In this document: in pieces, positions 16,566 to 27,248 of the stretch
How the letters are laid out: each line of letters starts with the position of its first letter
Numbering within the stretch: the first letter of the stretch is position 1
Assembly (NCBI GenBank): GCA_004431415.1
Contig: QPMI01000230.1
Coordinates: 1 to 64,000, forward strand
Direction of reading: 5' to 3'
DNA: 64,000 nucleotides
From: Cyanophora paradoxa CCMP329
Taxonomy: Eukaryota > Plantae > Glaucophyta
Program-made: the position numbers and the translations under genes
The notes under the pieces: generated by a model
Told to the model about the DNA's origin: nothing
Database searches by the model: none
What the model saw: only the letters and a program-made list of their open reading frames with translations

Positions 16566-19500
16566 CTAGTCGGAGCGCCCGCGCCGCCGCCGCCCGGCGT
16601 CGCGGTCGGAGGAGGAGGCGGCGTCGGGCTCGGCGGCGGCGCGGCGCGGGCCGCCGAAGGAGCCGAAGATGAGGAGGGCGGCGGCGCCGGCGAGGACGAC
16701 GGCGGCGGCGCCGAGGGCGACCTGGACGGCGTCGAGGGGCAGGCCGAGGAGGCCGCGGGGCCGGGCGAGGCCCAGCGAGGCGAGGAAGGCGTCGGGCGTC
16801 GGGTCGCGCCCCAGGAACGAGTGCACCACCTCCCCCGAGTCGCGGCTCCCGCCCGGCGCCAGCACCACCCGCCTGCCCGCCCGCCCCGCGATCAGACCCC
16901 TGGCCCGGGCTGGAGAGCGCGGGAGCGGGTGGGGGGAACCTGTAGTCGGAGCCGACGGCGGGGTTCATGATGCCTTCCTTCCGGAAGCGGCTGTAGAACA
17001 TGTCCGCCGAGTAGACCTGCCCCCGCCCTCAGGGACCGGCGGGGGAGGCTCGGGGGCACGCGGCGGGCCTGGCTCCAGAGGTAGCCGTAGTAGCCGGCGT
17101 CGTAGCCGCTCATCATGTGGCCGAAGGAGGCGGCGGGGTTCGTCCCCGGCGTGTGCTCGATCAGCGTCACCTCCTTCCGCAGCTCCGCCCACAGCTGCGC
17201 CCCGCGCGGAGGCCGCTCGCTCGGGCCGGCGGCGCGAGGGCGACGAGGGGGGGCGCCGCGCACCGCCGCCGTGTCGGCCGAGTCGCGCGTGTGGATGGCC
17301 ATGTCGAAGAGGCCTGCGGGGGGCCCGGCGCGCTCGAACGGGGCGGGGCGGGGCGGGGCGGTGCGGGGTGGGGGCCGGGGGCGCGGGGCGGACCGAAGAA
17401 GACCTGGCGGAGTGTGAGGAGGCCGGCGTCGGCGTTCTTCGCCGCGATCATGCGCCCCAGCAGCTCGTCCGGCAGCGGCGCGCCCGTCTCTGCGCCCCGC
17501 AGAGGCCCCTCGGCGGGGGCGGGGGCGGGGGCGGGGAGGGGCGGGGCGGGGCGGGGGCGGACCGTAGTGGGAGGACATGGCGCGGAGGGACTCCTCCTCC
17601 CAGCACCAGTTTTCCAGCATCCTGCCCCGCCCGGTGCCTCGGCGAGGGCCGCGGGGCGGGCACGCGTCGCCCCGCGCGCGAGCGCACTGGGAGGGGCACT
17701 CGACGAAGTCGCGCTCCACGGCCGTCCCCGACATCCGCGAGTACCGCGCCTGCGCGCCCCCGCCCCTCAGCCCGAGCGGGGCGCGCGGGGGGGGAAGCGC
17801 GGGGGGCGTGGCCCGCCTCGGTGCAGATGTTGTGCATGACGTGCCTGCGGGCGGCCCCCCGTGAGGCGGGGCCGGCGGCTCGGGCGCCCTGAGGAAAGGG
17901 GGCGGGCGGACCCGAACTCGTGGAAGAAGGTGACGACCTCGTTGTGCTTGAGCAGCGACGGCTTCCCCTCCCCCGGCTTGCTGAAGTTCGCCACCTGCGC
18001 CCCCGCCTCAGGGCGGGACGCGGGGCGGGGGCGAGGGGCCGGGGGGCGCGCCATGGCGGCGACGGGGGTCTGGTAGGAGCCGTCGGGGAGACGCAGGCCC
18101 TTGCGCAGCGGGAAGACCGCGGCGTGCCCGAACTGCCCCGCCGCGTCAGGCCGCGCCGGCTGCGCTCCGATCGGGCGGGATCGGACCTTGCCGTCGCGGG
18201 GGTGGAGGTCGAGGTAGAACTGGCCCAGGAAGCCGCCCGTCGCCCGGTCGTGCCTGCCCGAGGCCGGCCGGGGGGGGGGGCGCCTCAGCCGCAGCGCAGC
18301 GCGCCGGACGGCCGGCCGGCCGCGGGGAGGGGCGGGGGGGCGTACACGTTGAAGAGCTTGACGTCAGGGGCCCAGATGAGGCTCTTCCCGTTGGGGCTCG
18401 ACTCCAGCGGCACCTGCCGGGGCGCCCTCAGAGGGACGCCCCGAGGGGAAGCGAGGGGCGGGGGCGGGGGCGGGCCTCGGAGAAGACGAGGCCGAGGAGC
18501 TTCTGGTAGATCGCGAACATGCCCTCCGTCACCTGCCCCCCCGCCACCTCGGACGGGGGCGGGGGCGGGGCGGTGGGGGAGTCCTGCCGCACCCGCTGGA
18601 GGGGGAAGTAGACCTTGGCGGCCTCCTCGTTCACGTCGTACTCCCGCTCCAGCAGCTGTGTGTGGTAGTACTGCAGGAGGGGGAGCCGGTGAGCGGCGGG
18701 GGCGGGGAGGCCCGGGCCCGGGCGCCGGCACCATGAAGTCGTAGGGGCGGATGGCGGAGTCCGCCGCCGGCGAGCCGGCCGCCTTCTGGTCCGCCGCCTG
18801 CGCGCCCCCGCCCGCCCAGCTGAGCGCTCGGGCGGCGGAGCGCGGGGTGCGGCGTGTCGGGGCCCGGCGGGGGCGCGGCCGACCTTCAGGGCCTCGAGCT
18901 TCTTCAGCTCCACTTGGGCGCCGGGCACCAGCTGCGGGGCGGCGGCCCGTGAGGCCCCTGCTGCAAGCGGTAGGAGGACGAGGGGGCCGGGCGCGCCTTG
19001 TCGCGCAGCTCGTTGAGGAATTTGAGAACCGACTTCGGATCCTTCGCCATACGGATCTGGGGGAACAAGGTCGGGCTGGGCTCGGCGGGAGGGGCGCGGG
19101 CACGGCGCGCCTCGAGGACGTAGTCGGCGTGGGTGGGGTACCGGCCCTCGAACAGGCACGCGATCTCTGCAGCGGGCAGGGGCGGTGAGGCGCGCGGAGG
19201 CCGAGAGATGCGGGGCGGGGGGCGCGCACGGTGCCGGATCCGAATGGCCTCCTCGATGAGCGGGGTGTTGGCAGCTTGGCTGCCGCCCCGGGCGCGATTG
19301 GCGGCGAGGCGAGAGGACGGCGCGGGGGTGCGGGGAGCGCCGCACCACTTGGAGCTGTTCGCGGTGTCCATCTTCCGCCGCGTCTCCTCGCGCTGCGCGG
19401 ACACGTCGATCTCGGGGCCGGTGCCGATCCGGGGGGCGGGCGGGGCAGCCGCACCTTGGCGCGCCGCATGAGGGGGATGAGGTCGGGGTACTTGAGCGTG

Positions 19501-20938
19501 ACGACGTACTTGTCCCCCTCGCGCTTCAGGCCGGCGAGGTAGTCCTGCGGGGGCACGCTTCGCCCGCGAGCGGGGCGCGGGGCGCGGGGCGCGAAGGGAC
19601 GCGGGCGGACCTCGGGCATGCCCTCGAGCTCCTCGGCGGTGAAGGTGAGCGACGTGACGTCCTCGTTGAGGTTCTGGTTGTACTGGATGCAGAGCTCCGA
19701 GAGCCGCTTCTTCAGCGTCTTAAGCTGCGCGTACCCCCCCGCACGGTGAGCGGGGGTACAATGCACGCAGACGCCGGAGAGGGGAGCGCGGCACCTGCTC
19801 GCGCTTCTCCGCGGAGAGGTTCAGGCCGTTGCGCTCGAAGCTCTGGATGAGCTTGTCCACGAAGCGCTGCGGAGGAGGCGGGGAAGACGGGGAGGGAGCG
19901 ATCGGCCTGGGGTACAGCGAGAGATCAGATGCTGTATGGGGGTACCTGGTCTTCCGCGTCGAGCTTTTCGCCGCGGGTCTTGAACGCCATCACGGACCTG
20001 CCCCGGCGCCTCAGGGGCCCGGGGCCGGGGCGAGGGGGTACGGGCGGGCGTCGCACTTGTACACGTCCTCGCGCATGGAAAGCTCGATCTGGAACTCCTT
20101 CAGGCGCTTGTCGCAGTCCGTCGACGCCTTGCGGACGTCTGCGCCGGCGCCGGGCGGCGGTCGACCGCGGAGGCGAGCGGCGCGGAGGCGCGCGCGCACC
20201 CTTGTCGGGCGAGACGTAGGCGGGGAACGTGACCATGCAGTCTGCAGAGCGCGCGGCGCGGCGCGTCAGCGGACAAAAGCCCCCGCCTCGCGGAGGCCGG
20301 GTGGGCAGCACCGAACGTGGCCCAGCGGGCCTCGTCGCCTGCATGCGGTAAGCTCGCTGCATTCCGCTGCGCGAGGCCGGCGGGGGAGCGCACGAGCGAT
20401 GGGAGCGATGACCTTCTCGAAGCTGGCATCCTCCGCGGGAACGGCGGCGACCTGCGGCAGCAAGCAGCATGTAAGCGGGACCGTTTGCGAGCGGACTACA
20501 GGGAGAACAAGGGGAGAGAGGGGACGGCATATCTAGCGTTAAACTAGAGGTAATGGGTACGGCCGGGTAGCCGGCTACGGCCGACAATCGGAATACGCCA
20601 TTCGTACGTCGGTGCACTAGGGCCTGCGCGCGAGTCCGAGGAAGTGCACCTGATCCATGGTGTCCTTCGACACCTGAATCAACTGATCCGCGAGGGCTGC
20701 GCGACGAACGTGGATGAATGCCGGGTTGATGCGCACACGCCCAGAGCAGAGGGCGGAGTATTTGAAGCCTCGACGAACAGGAAATGTCAGCAGTAGTGAG
20801 ATTAAACCGCAGACTGCCATCGTTCGGGCCAGCAGCGCGGAAGCTGATAGACTCGAGCTTCCGAAGGCGAGCATCCTCAAGCGCCACTCCCGAGCTGCTC
20901 GCGGCGGCCGGGGCCGGCTTTGACTCGTTGCCTCCCAT
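16566..20938 (-). CDS. M3A metallo-oligopeptidase (thimet oligopeptidase/neurolysin family), ~29 introns, with N-terminal MG motif and C-terminal hydrophobic helix
   Basis: [11 protein letters not shown]|FGHAA, zinc motif FHEFG|[14 protein letters not shown]|[23 protein letters not shown] and FLGRDP. Splicing reconstructed continuously from MGGNESK to the stop at 16566. Confidence 0.95.
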
Positions 20939-21129
20939 CCGCTTGACTCGCAGTCGGTACGCGGTCGCTGCGCGGTCGACGACGGTACCCCGGAACGACT
21001 GTCACTTTCACCTTCATTTTGCTTCCTGGGTCAGCGCGTACAGCGCGTCCAACACGCGAAAAACATCTCTTGAAGAGCAAGGCATCCAGAGCCAGGCCCG
21101 CTTGGTGTTGGCGCCAAGGACACAGCGAG

Positions 21130-21908
21130 ATGGGGCTGCTCACAATCCTAAAGAAGGTCAAGATGAAGGAGAAGGAGATGCGCCTGCTGATTCTGTATCC
21201 TTTGCGCCGGGGCGCCGCCGACAAGCGAATGAGCCCGCGCTGTTTTCCTCGACCTACCGCGCTGCAGCGGCCTGGACAACGCTGGGAAGACGACGATAGT
21301 GAAGCGTATGAACGGGGAGAACATCGAGGAGATCGCGCCGACGCTGGGGTTCGAGATCCGAACATGGGAGTACCGCGGGCGCGCGCGTCCTGCCTTGCAG
21401 GGATCCGCAGCCCGCTAAGGGACAGTGCAGTTTCAAGCTGAACGTGTGGGACGTCGGGGGCCAGACGACAATCCGCTCCTACTGGCGGAACTACTTCGAG
21501 CAGACAGACGGCCTTGTCTGGGTGGTGGACTGCGCCGACCGCCTGCGTTTGGAGGACTGCCGCGCGGAGCTGCACAAGCTGCTTCAGCAGGAGGCGCGCA
21601 GCCTGCCCGCCAGCCACCCCGCGCCGTTAACCGGCTTGCAGCGGCTTGCCGGCGCCTCCCTTCTTGTCTTCGCTAACAAGCAAGACCTTCCCGGCGCGCT
21701 GACCGCCCCGGAGATTGCCTCGGTGCGCTCCTCTTGAGCAGTTGCCTGCGGTGCAGCGCTGAGCCCGCGCTAGATCTTGCAGCTGAACGAGATCAAGTCC
21801 AGGCACTGGCACATCCAGCCGTGCAGCGCCGTCACGGGGAACGGGCTCGTGGACGGCATCGACTGGCTTGTATCTGACATAGCTTCCCGCATTTACATGC
21901 TCGAATAG
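21130..21908 (+). CDS. ARL2: ADP-ribosylation factor-like 2 GTPase (4 introns, two of them GC-AG)
   Basis: [22 protein letters not shown]|[54 protein letters not shown] and [16 protein letters not shown]. Confidence 0.97.
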
Positions 21909-22228
21909 ACAAGCAACATCTAAACACACTCAACGACACGCTAAGATGCAAGCGCGGCGCGGGGGCGCAGCTCAGACCCCGGCCTGCGGCCGCGCGGGTC
22001 CAGGGCGGGTTGCCCCGCCCGCGGCCGCGCGGGTCCAAGGCGGATTTCCTCCTGCTCCCTACGGGGCTCCCTTCGGGGCTATAGCTAGAATATAGCTATA
22101 CGCAAGGATGGGATATCGATCGTTGGTATGGCTCGCAGGCTGTCCGATCGAAAGCTTCGCGAAGTGAAGGGTTGCCGAGACGGGGCTCCAACGCTGAAAC
22201 GAGCACATGACTGACAATCAGCGCCCCT

Positions 22229-22617
22229 TCAGCCGCTCACGACGGCGCCAGCTGCAGGCTCAGCGGCTGAATTCTCGGAATTCGTCTCGCCCGGCGCATT
22301 GTTTTCCGCAGCGACCAGCGCTTGCTCTCTGCGAAAGGCTGCGAAGTGAACGACGGCGCCGCGCGGCTGCCCCCTCCACGCGCGCGGGCATTCATTGGCG
22401 CGCACCGCTCCCACAGTTCGAGCTCCTTCTCGTAACGCTCGCAAGCTTCATAGTACATGTCCATCACGCACTGCAGGGGCTCGTGAGGCGAGCGCGGAGC
22501 GCCGGCGCTTCAGCTGGCCCGCACCGTCGCGCATCCGCTGCCGCAGCAGTCGCCGGGCTCGGGCTTCTCAGGAGGCACGGGCTTCCTCCTCCTGGGCTTC
22601 GCATTCCCTTCGGGCAT
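22229..22617 (-). CDS. Small oxidoreductase-like N-terminal domain protein (OXLD1-like, CCxSGCxxC)
   Basis: Spliced MPEGNAKPRRRKPVPPEKPEPGDCCGSGCAT|CVMDMYYEACERYEKELELWER matches the P-P-CCGSGC-C-V-Y-E pattern of the family. The last exon's acceptor is ambiguous. Confidence 0.8.
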
Positions 22618-22771
22618 CGAAAAGGGACAGGGCTGGCCAGATCGATTCAAGGCGAGTCGGCTCTGCGGTACCCCGGCTCGTCAAGCGAAGCATCTTACAT
22701 CGAGAGGCGGGGCGCGGAGATCGAGTAGCGCAAACGACTGCGCGCGCGAGCGCGGACCTCCGGCCGGAGCG

Positions 22772-25245
22772 ATGTCGCCTCAAGACAGAGCGAATGCATG
22801 GCCTGCACTCCTCGGGCGCCTCGCCGGGGCCGGCGTCAGCCTTCTGGTCTCGTGCGTAGCGCCGCGCTGATAGCGCGGATAAGCGCTGATAGCGCTCAGA
22901 GTCCTTCTCGTTCGGTACATGGTTAAGGAGCTGGATCCGATGAAAAAAGAGAAAGAGAAAGGGTTTGCACGCGCCCGAGAGCCTTTCCTGGAGGTCCTTT
23001 ACCGCTGCTGCAGGAAGGAGGTGCGCGAGAAGCTGCAGAAGCGACTGCAGGTCTTGCGCCCCGGAGTCTCTCTTGGAAGCAATCCGTACGAAGACATGGT
23101 GCGCACGCGTCGTTTTTAGATGCGCAAGCATGTTGAGCTCGCCTGCGCGAGGCGACGCATCACTGTCGACGCCGCGCCGCAGGTCTGCCCCGATGTCATC
23201 GATCCGACGGGTGCGCGGCGGCGCGCGATGCGCGGCCCGCGCGTGCGAATCGAGGGGGCGGGCGCAGACATCGACGTGGGGTTCGACGACATCGGGGGCC
23301 TGGAGGGGCTGAAGGAGGAGCTGGGGGAGCTCGTCATCCTCCCGATCTCGCACCCGGAGCTCTTCCAGGCCGTCGCCCTCGGCGTCCCCAAGGGCATCCT
23401 CCTCTACGGGCCCCCGGGCACCGGCAAGACCATGGTCGCCAAGGTAGCCCCGCCCGCCCCGCCCCGCCGCCCGTCCCCCGAGCCGGCCGCCCGCGCGCAG
23501 GCGATCGCCCGGGAGTCCGGGGCCGTCTTCATAAACGTCGATCTCTCCACAATATTGAACAAGGTGCCCCGCCCCCCGCGCGCGCACCCCTGATGCGTGC
23601 CCGGGCGCCCCCTCACTCCAGCGCAGTGGTACGGGGAGAGGTGCGGCGGCTCCCGGACCCCCCCTCCCCGCCCGTTGCCCTCTGCGGGATCCTCGCGAAC
23701 GCGGCGCTTGCAGCCAGAAGATCATCCGGGCGATCTTTAACTTGGCGAACAAGCTCGAGCCCGCTGTCATCTTCGTGGTCCGCCCCGCCCCCGCCTGGTT
23801 TCCCCAGCACCTCACCTGAGCCCGACCCGGCGCCGCAGGACGAGATCGACGCGCTGCTCAGGTGAGTTTCCTACGCGCCGGGCCCTGGCCCCGGCGCCCC
23901 CGTCGCGCGCTCGAGCCGGGCCCCCTCGCAGCGAACGGCGGAGCTCCGAACACGAAGCCTCCGCCGTGCGGCGTTATCCGTCCCGAGCGCCGCGCCTCTC
24001 TTTGAGCGCGCCCCGCGCCTCCCGCCGAGCAGACGACCAAGTCGGCGTTCCTGACTCTCTGGGACGGCCTCTTCACCCGCCAGGACTCCCGCGTGGTGCC
24101 CCGCCCCTCCTCCCGAGCGCCGCACCCTCCCGCCTCCCATCACCGCCCCCGCCCCCCTTGTCTTCTCCAGATCGTCCTCGGCGCGACGGTGCGGGCGGCC
24201 TCTTTTCTCTGCCTCCTGTGCGCCCCCGCGGGGCGTGACGCCCCACGTAGAACCGCCCCTGGGAGCTCGACCCCGCCATCCTCCGGTAAGTTGGCCCCCG
24301 CCTCGTGTACCCCCCCTTCCCTCTCCGAGCCAACGGCAACCCTGCCCCACGCAGGCGCCTCCCGCGCTCGTTCTTTGTGGACCTCCCCGAATGGGAGTCG
24401 CGCAAGGACATCCTGCTGACCGTGCGGCTGCACCCCGTCCTCCCTTGACGCCGTGATGTTCACCTGCGGCGCACCCCCCCAGATCCTCCGCAAGCTCACG
24501 ACGGAGGAGGCGCGCATCCGCCCCGCGCCCGCGCCGGAGAGGCATCGCCTCCCGCCCGCGGCTGACCCCCCACTTTCGCCGCAGGACATCGACGTCGAGA
24601 TGGTCGCGACGGCGACGGAGGGGTACAGCGGTCCGCCCCGGCCCGCGCTCGCTCGGACGCTGCACACGCATGCCTCCGCTCACGCCGGCGGTGCTCTGCA
24701 GGCTCCGATCTGAAGGAGCTCGTCAAGGCGGCCACTCTTCTGCCGGTCCGCGAGGCAGTCGGGCGCGCCCGCGCGGCCGCCTCGTCCGCGGTGCGCGGGT
24801 ACCCCTCCGCCTCGCCCCCCGGCGCTCACCGTCGAGGGGGCAGGGCGGCGGCGGCGACGGCGCGAGGGGCATATTCTCCTCGGGCTCTCGCGGCCCCAGC
24901 CGCTCTGCGACGCCCCTCACGCAGGTCCGCTTTGCCCCCAGCCCCACAATCCCTATTTCCCTTCTTACTGTCGATCGCGGCGCAGCTGCAAATCGATCCG
25001 TCGGAGGTCCGGCCGCTCAGCACGCAGGACCTGATGAGCGCACTTGGGTCAGTCGTTTAGTTCGGGCAGCGCGTAGCTCGCCCTCTGCTGACCGGTCTCC
25101 GGCCACGCGCAGGTCCGTCCAGGCGTCCCGAAAAGCACAGGTACCCCTAGCTGGCCCCTCTCCCCGCCCGCCGCGCCCTCTGACGCGCTCTCAGGATGCC
25201 CGCAAGTTCGCCTTGTTCAAGTCGACGGTCGCCGGCGCCCGGTAG
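22772..25245 (+). CDS. ATAD1: Membrane-anchored AAA+ ATPase, ATAD1/Msp1 family
   Basis: N-terminal TM (LLGRLAGAGVSLLVS|VLLVRYMVKELDP), then FDDIGGLE, Walker A GILLYGPPGTGKT, WYGES, Walker B VIFV|DEID, FLTLWDG, IVLGAT|NRP and EGYS|GSDLKEL. Confidence 0.9.
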
Positions 25246-26407
25246 CTGCGGCACGGCAGAACTTCGGAACCTGGTTCGAATTCATATGGAATGTGCGAGC
25301 CAACGTTAACGTGATCCTGAACCCGGATGCTTCTCGTTCAGGGACTCCGAGCTCCATGGCCAGCCGGGGCAGGCCCTAGGCGCCGGGGTGTCACGGCGAG
25401 CGCCCTACCCTTCGATTCGTACGCGTGCTACAGCCGTGCATCATGGCATCCAGGGCGTCAGTCTGCAAATATTGGCCCGGCCTGGGAAAGTTCGAGCCAC
25501 GGCCTAGATAAAAAGAAATACGAAAGGTGCCTCGCGCGCGCCCGGCCGGCACTAGTACTGCAGCTGCACTGCGGTATGCGCGCGGCACTGCGGCACTCGA
25601 GCTCGCGATCTTGCTCAAATTTAAAAGACGTCGACGCCGACAGAAGCACCGTGGCACTCCGAGGCTCGAATTCGAAAATTAAAATTGAACTAGCTCTAGT
25701 ACTCACGAACGCGACCAGCCCGCGGGACGGGGCCGCCGCGCGCCTCGCACTGTATACGTACGCTTGCTCAAGGGCCTGGGGGCTCATGATCAGTAGGGGC
25801 TTATAATTAAGCTTGACTATCCCTAGTACGCTTATCATAGTACATAATTAGATTCACTGAGTCGCGATCGACGTCAACTTACCCCTGCGGCAGCGCTTCC
25901 CAGCATGCTTATTGTGTGACCAGCGGTCATATGCATGATCAACTTTCCTTGTGGGACTCGAGCTCGCGCGACACCCCCACACACTGAACGAAGGTGGGAA
26001 ACTGAAAGCTGCCGCTGTTGGAAGCATTCGACGAAAAACAATACAAGTCGAGTGCACATCTACAAACATCACGACGGCCTATGCCTGTGGCCTAACCTAC
26101 GACGGATCACTTGTTATTTAAACCATCACCGATGCATATCGATCAAGTCTACGAGACGGCAGGAAAGGGAAAGCGGATTGAGCAACGTCCAGAAAGGAGC
26201 GGGCAGAAGAGGAGGATGTGCCGGGTGGCGGGATGCTGGGTGGAGATGAACCGAGGTGGCGAGGAGGGCGCCAGCCGGGCGACGCCCGGAGCGTTGGGAG
26301 GGACCGATCCGGGCGCCGAGCTCGCAAGCATAAACTAGGGGAGCTGATCAAAGCAATAGGCTAGTGGAGCATGGCGCCAACGAGCCGCACGGCGGCCGAA
26401 AGGAACG

Positions 26408-27059
26408 CTACTCCTTCTTCTTCTCCTTCGAGTCCGCGAGGATCTTCTTAAGATGTTCCCGGACAAGCTTGAACTGCGTCTTCACATCCTCTAGGCACTG
26501 TTTGCAGCCCGCAAGGTCCTCCGCCTCGCACAGGGTCTTGAGGTCGGCGCAAAGCTTCACGACCTTCACAGCGCCAATGTTCGCCGAGCTGCCCTTCAGC
26601 GAATGCGCCGACTTTGCCAGCTCGTCCAGATCCTTCCGCTTCCTGCAATCGACGATGAGCGACGAATCCGGTAAGCATGCGAATGGCGGAGGTGAGTCCG
26701 TTCTAGGCGCCATAGGGGAAAACGAGCGCATCGTGTACGTTAGATGGCACGGTTATGTGCGTGAGTGGAGAAGGCGTGCTCTCCGAAACGCCAGGCGCGA
26801 TGACCTTCTAACCCAAACCCATGAAAAGCCACCGGAACGCACAGCAGGCTGTCCATCTCTTCGAGCTTCTCCTCGGATGTCTCGCAATACAAGTTGATGA
26901 CCTCCTCAACGAAGTCCGGCTGGGACTCGTCCTGCAGCTCCTCCTGCGTGGCGTGGTGAGAATGGGGGGCGAAGCGGACGCGTCGGCACGAGGATGACGC
27001 CAACGCACGAGCTGGCCGAAGATGCTCTCATCGAGCAGATCGGAGTTGGCAGTGGACAT
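26408..27059 (-). CDS. Histidine-containing phosphotransfer protein (HPt; AHP/Ypd1-like)
   Basis: MSTANSDLLDESIFGQL|EELQDESQPDFVEEVINLY...|..AHSLKGSSANIGA carries the canonical HxLKGSS phospho-His motif. Confidence 0.93.
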
Positions 27060-27248
27060 GTTTGGCGGCGAACTCGCAACACTGCGCGAACGACACAAGA
27101 GTCAGCGATGAGTGCTCGCAACGCTGCTTTCACCGCAATCGTGGCGTCCACGGCGTCTGCGGAGGGACCGGGCGCACCGATAGAGCGAATGGATTGAAAT
27201 TCTCTGTACCCGTGGCCTAGCGTTCGGCTCCGCAATTGTGCGCCCGGG

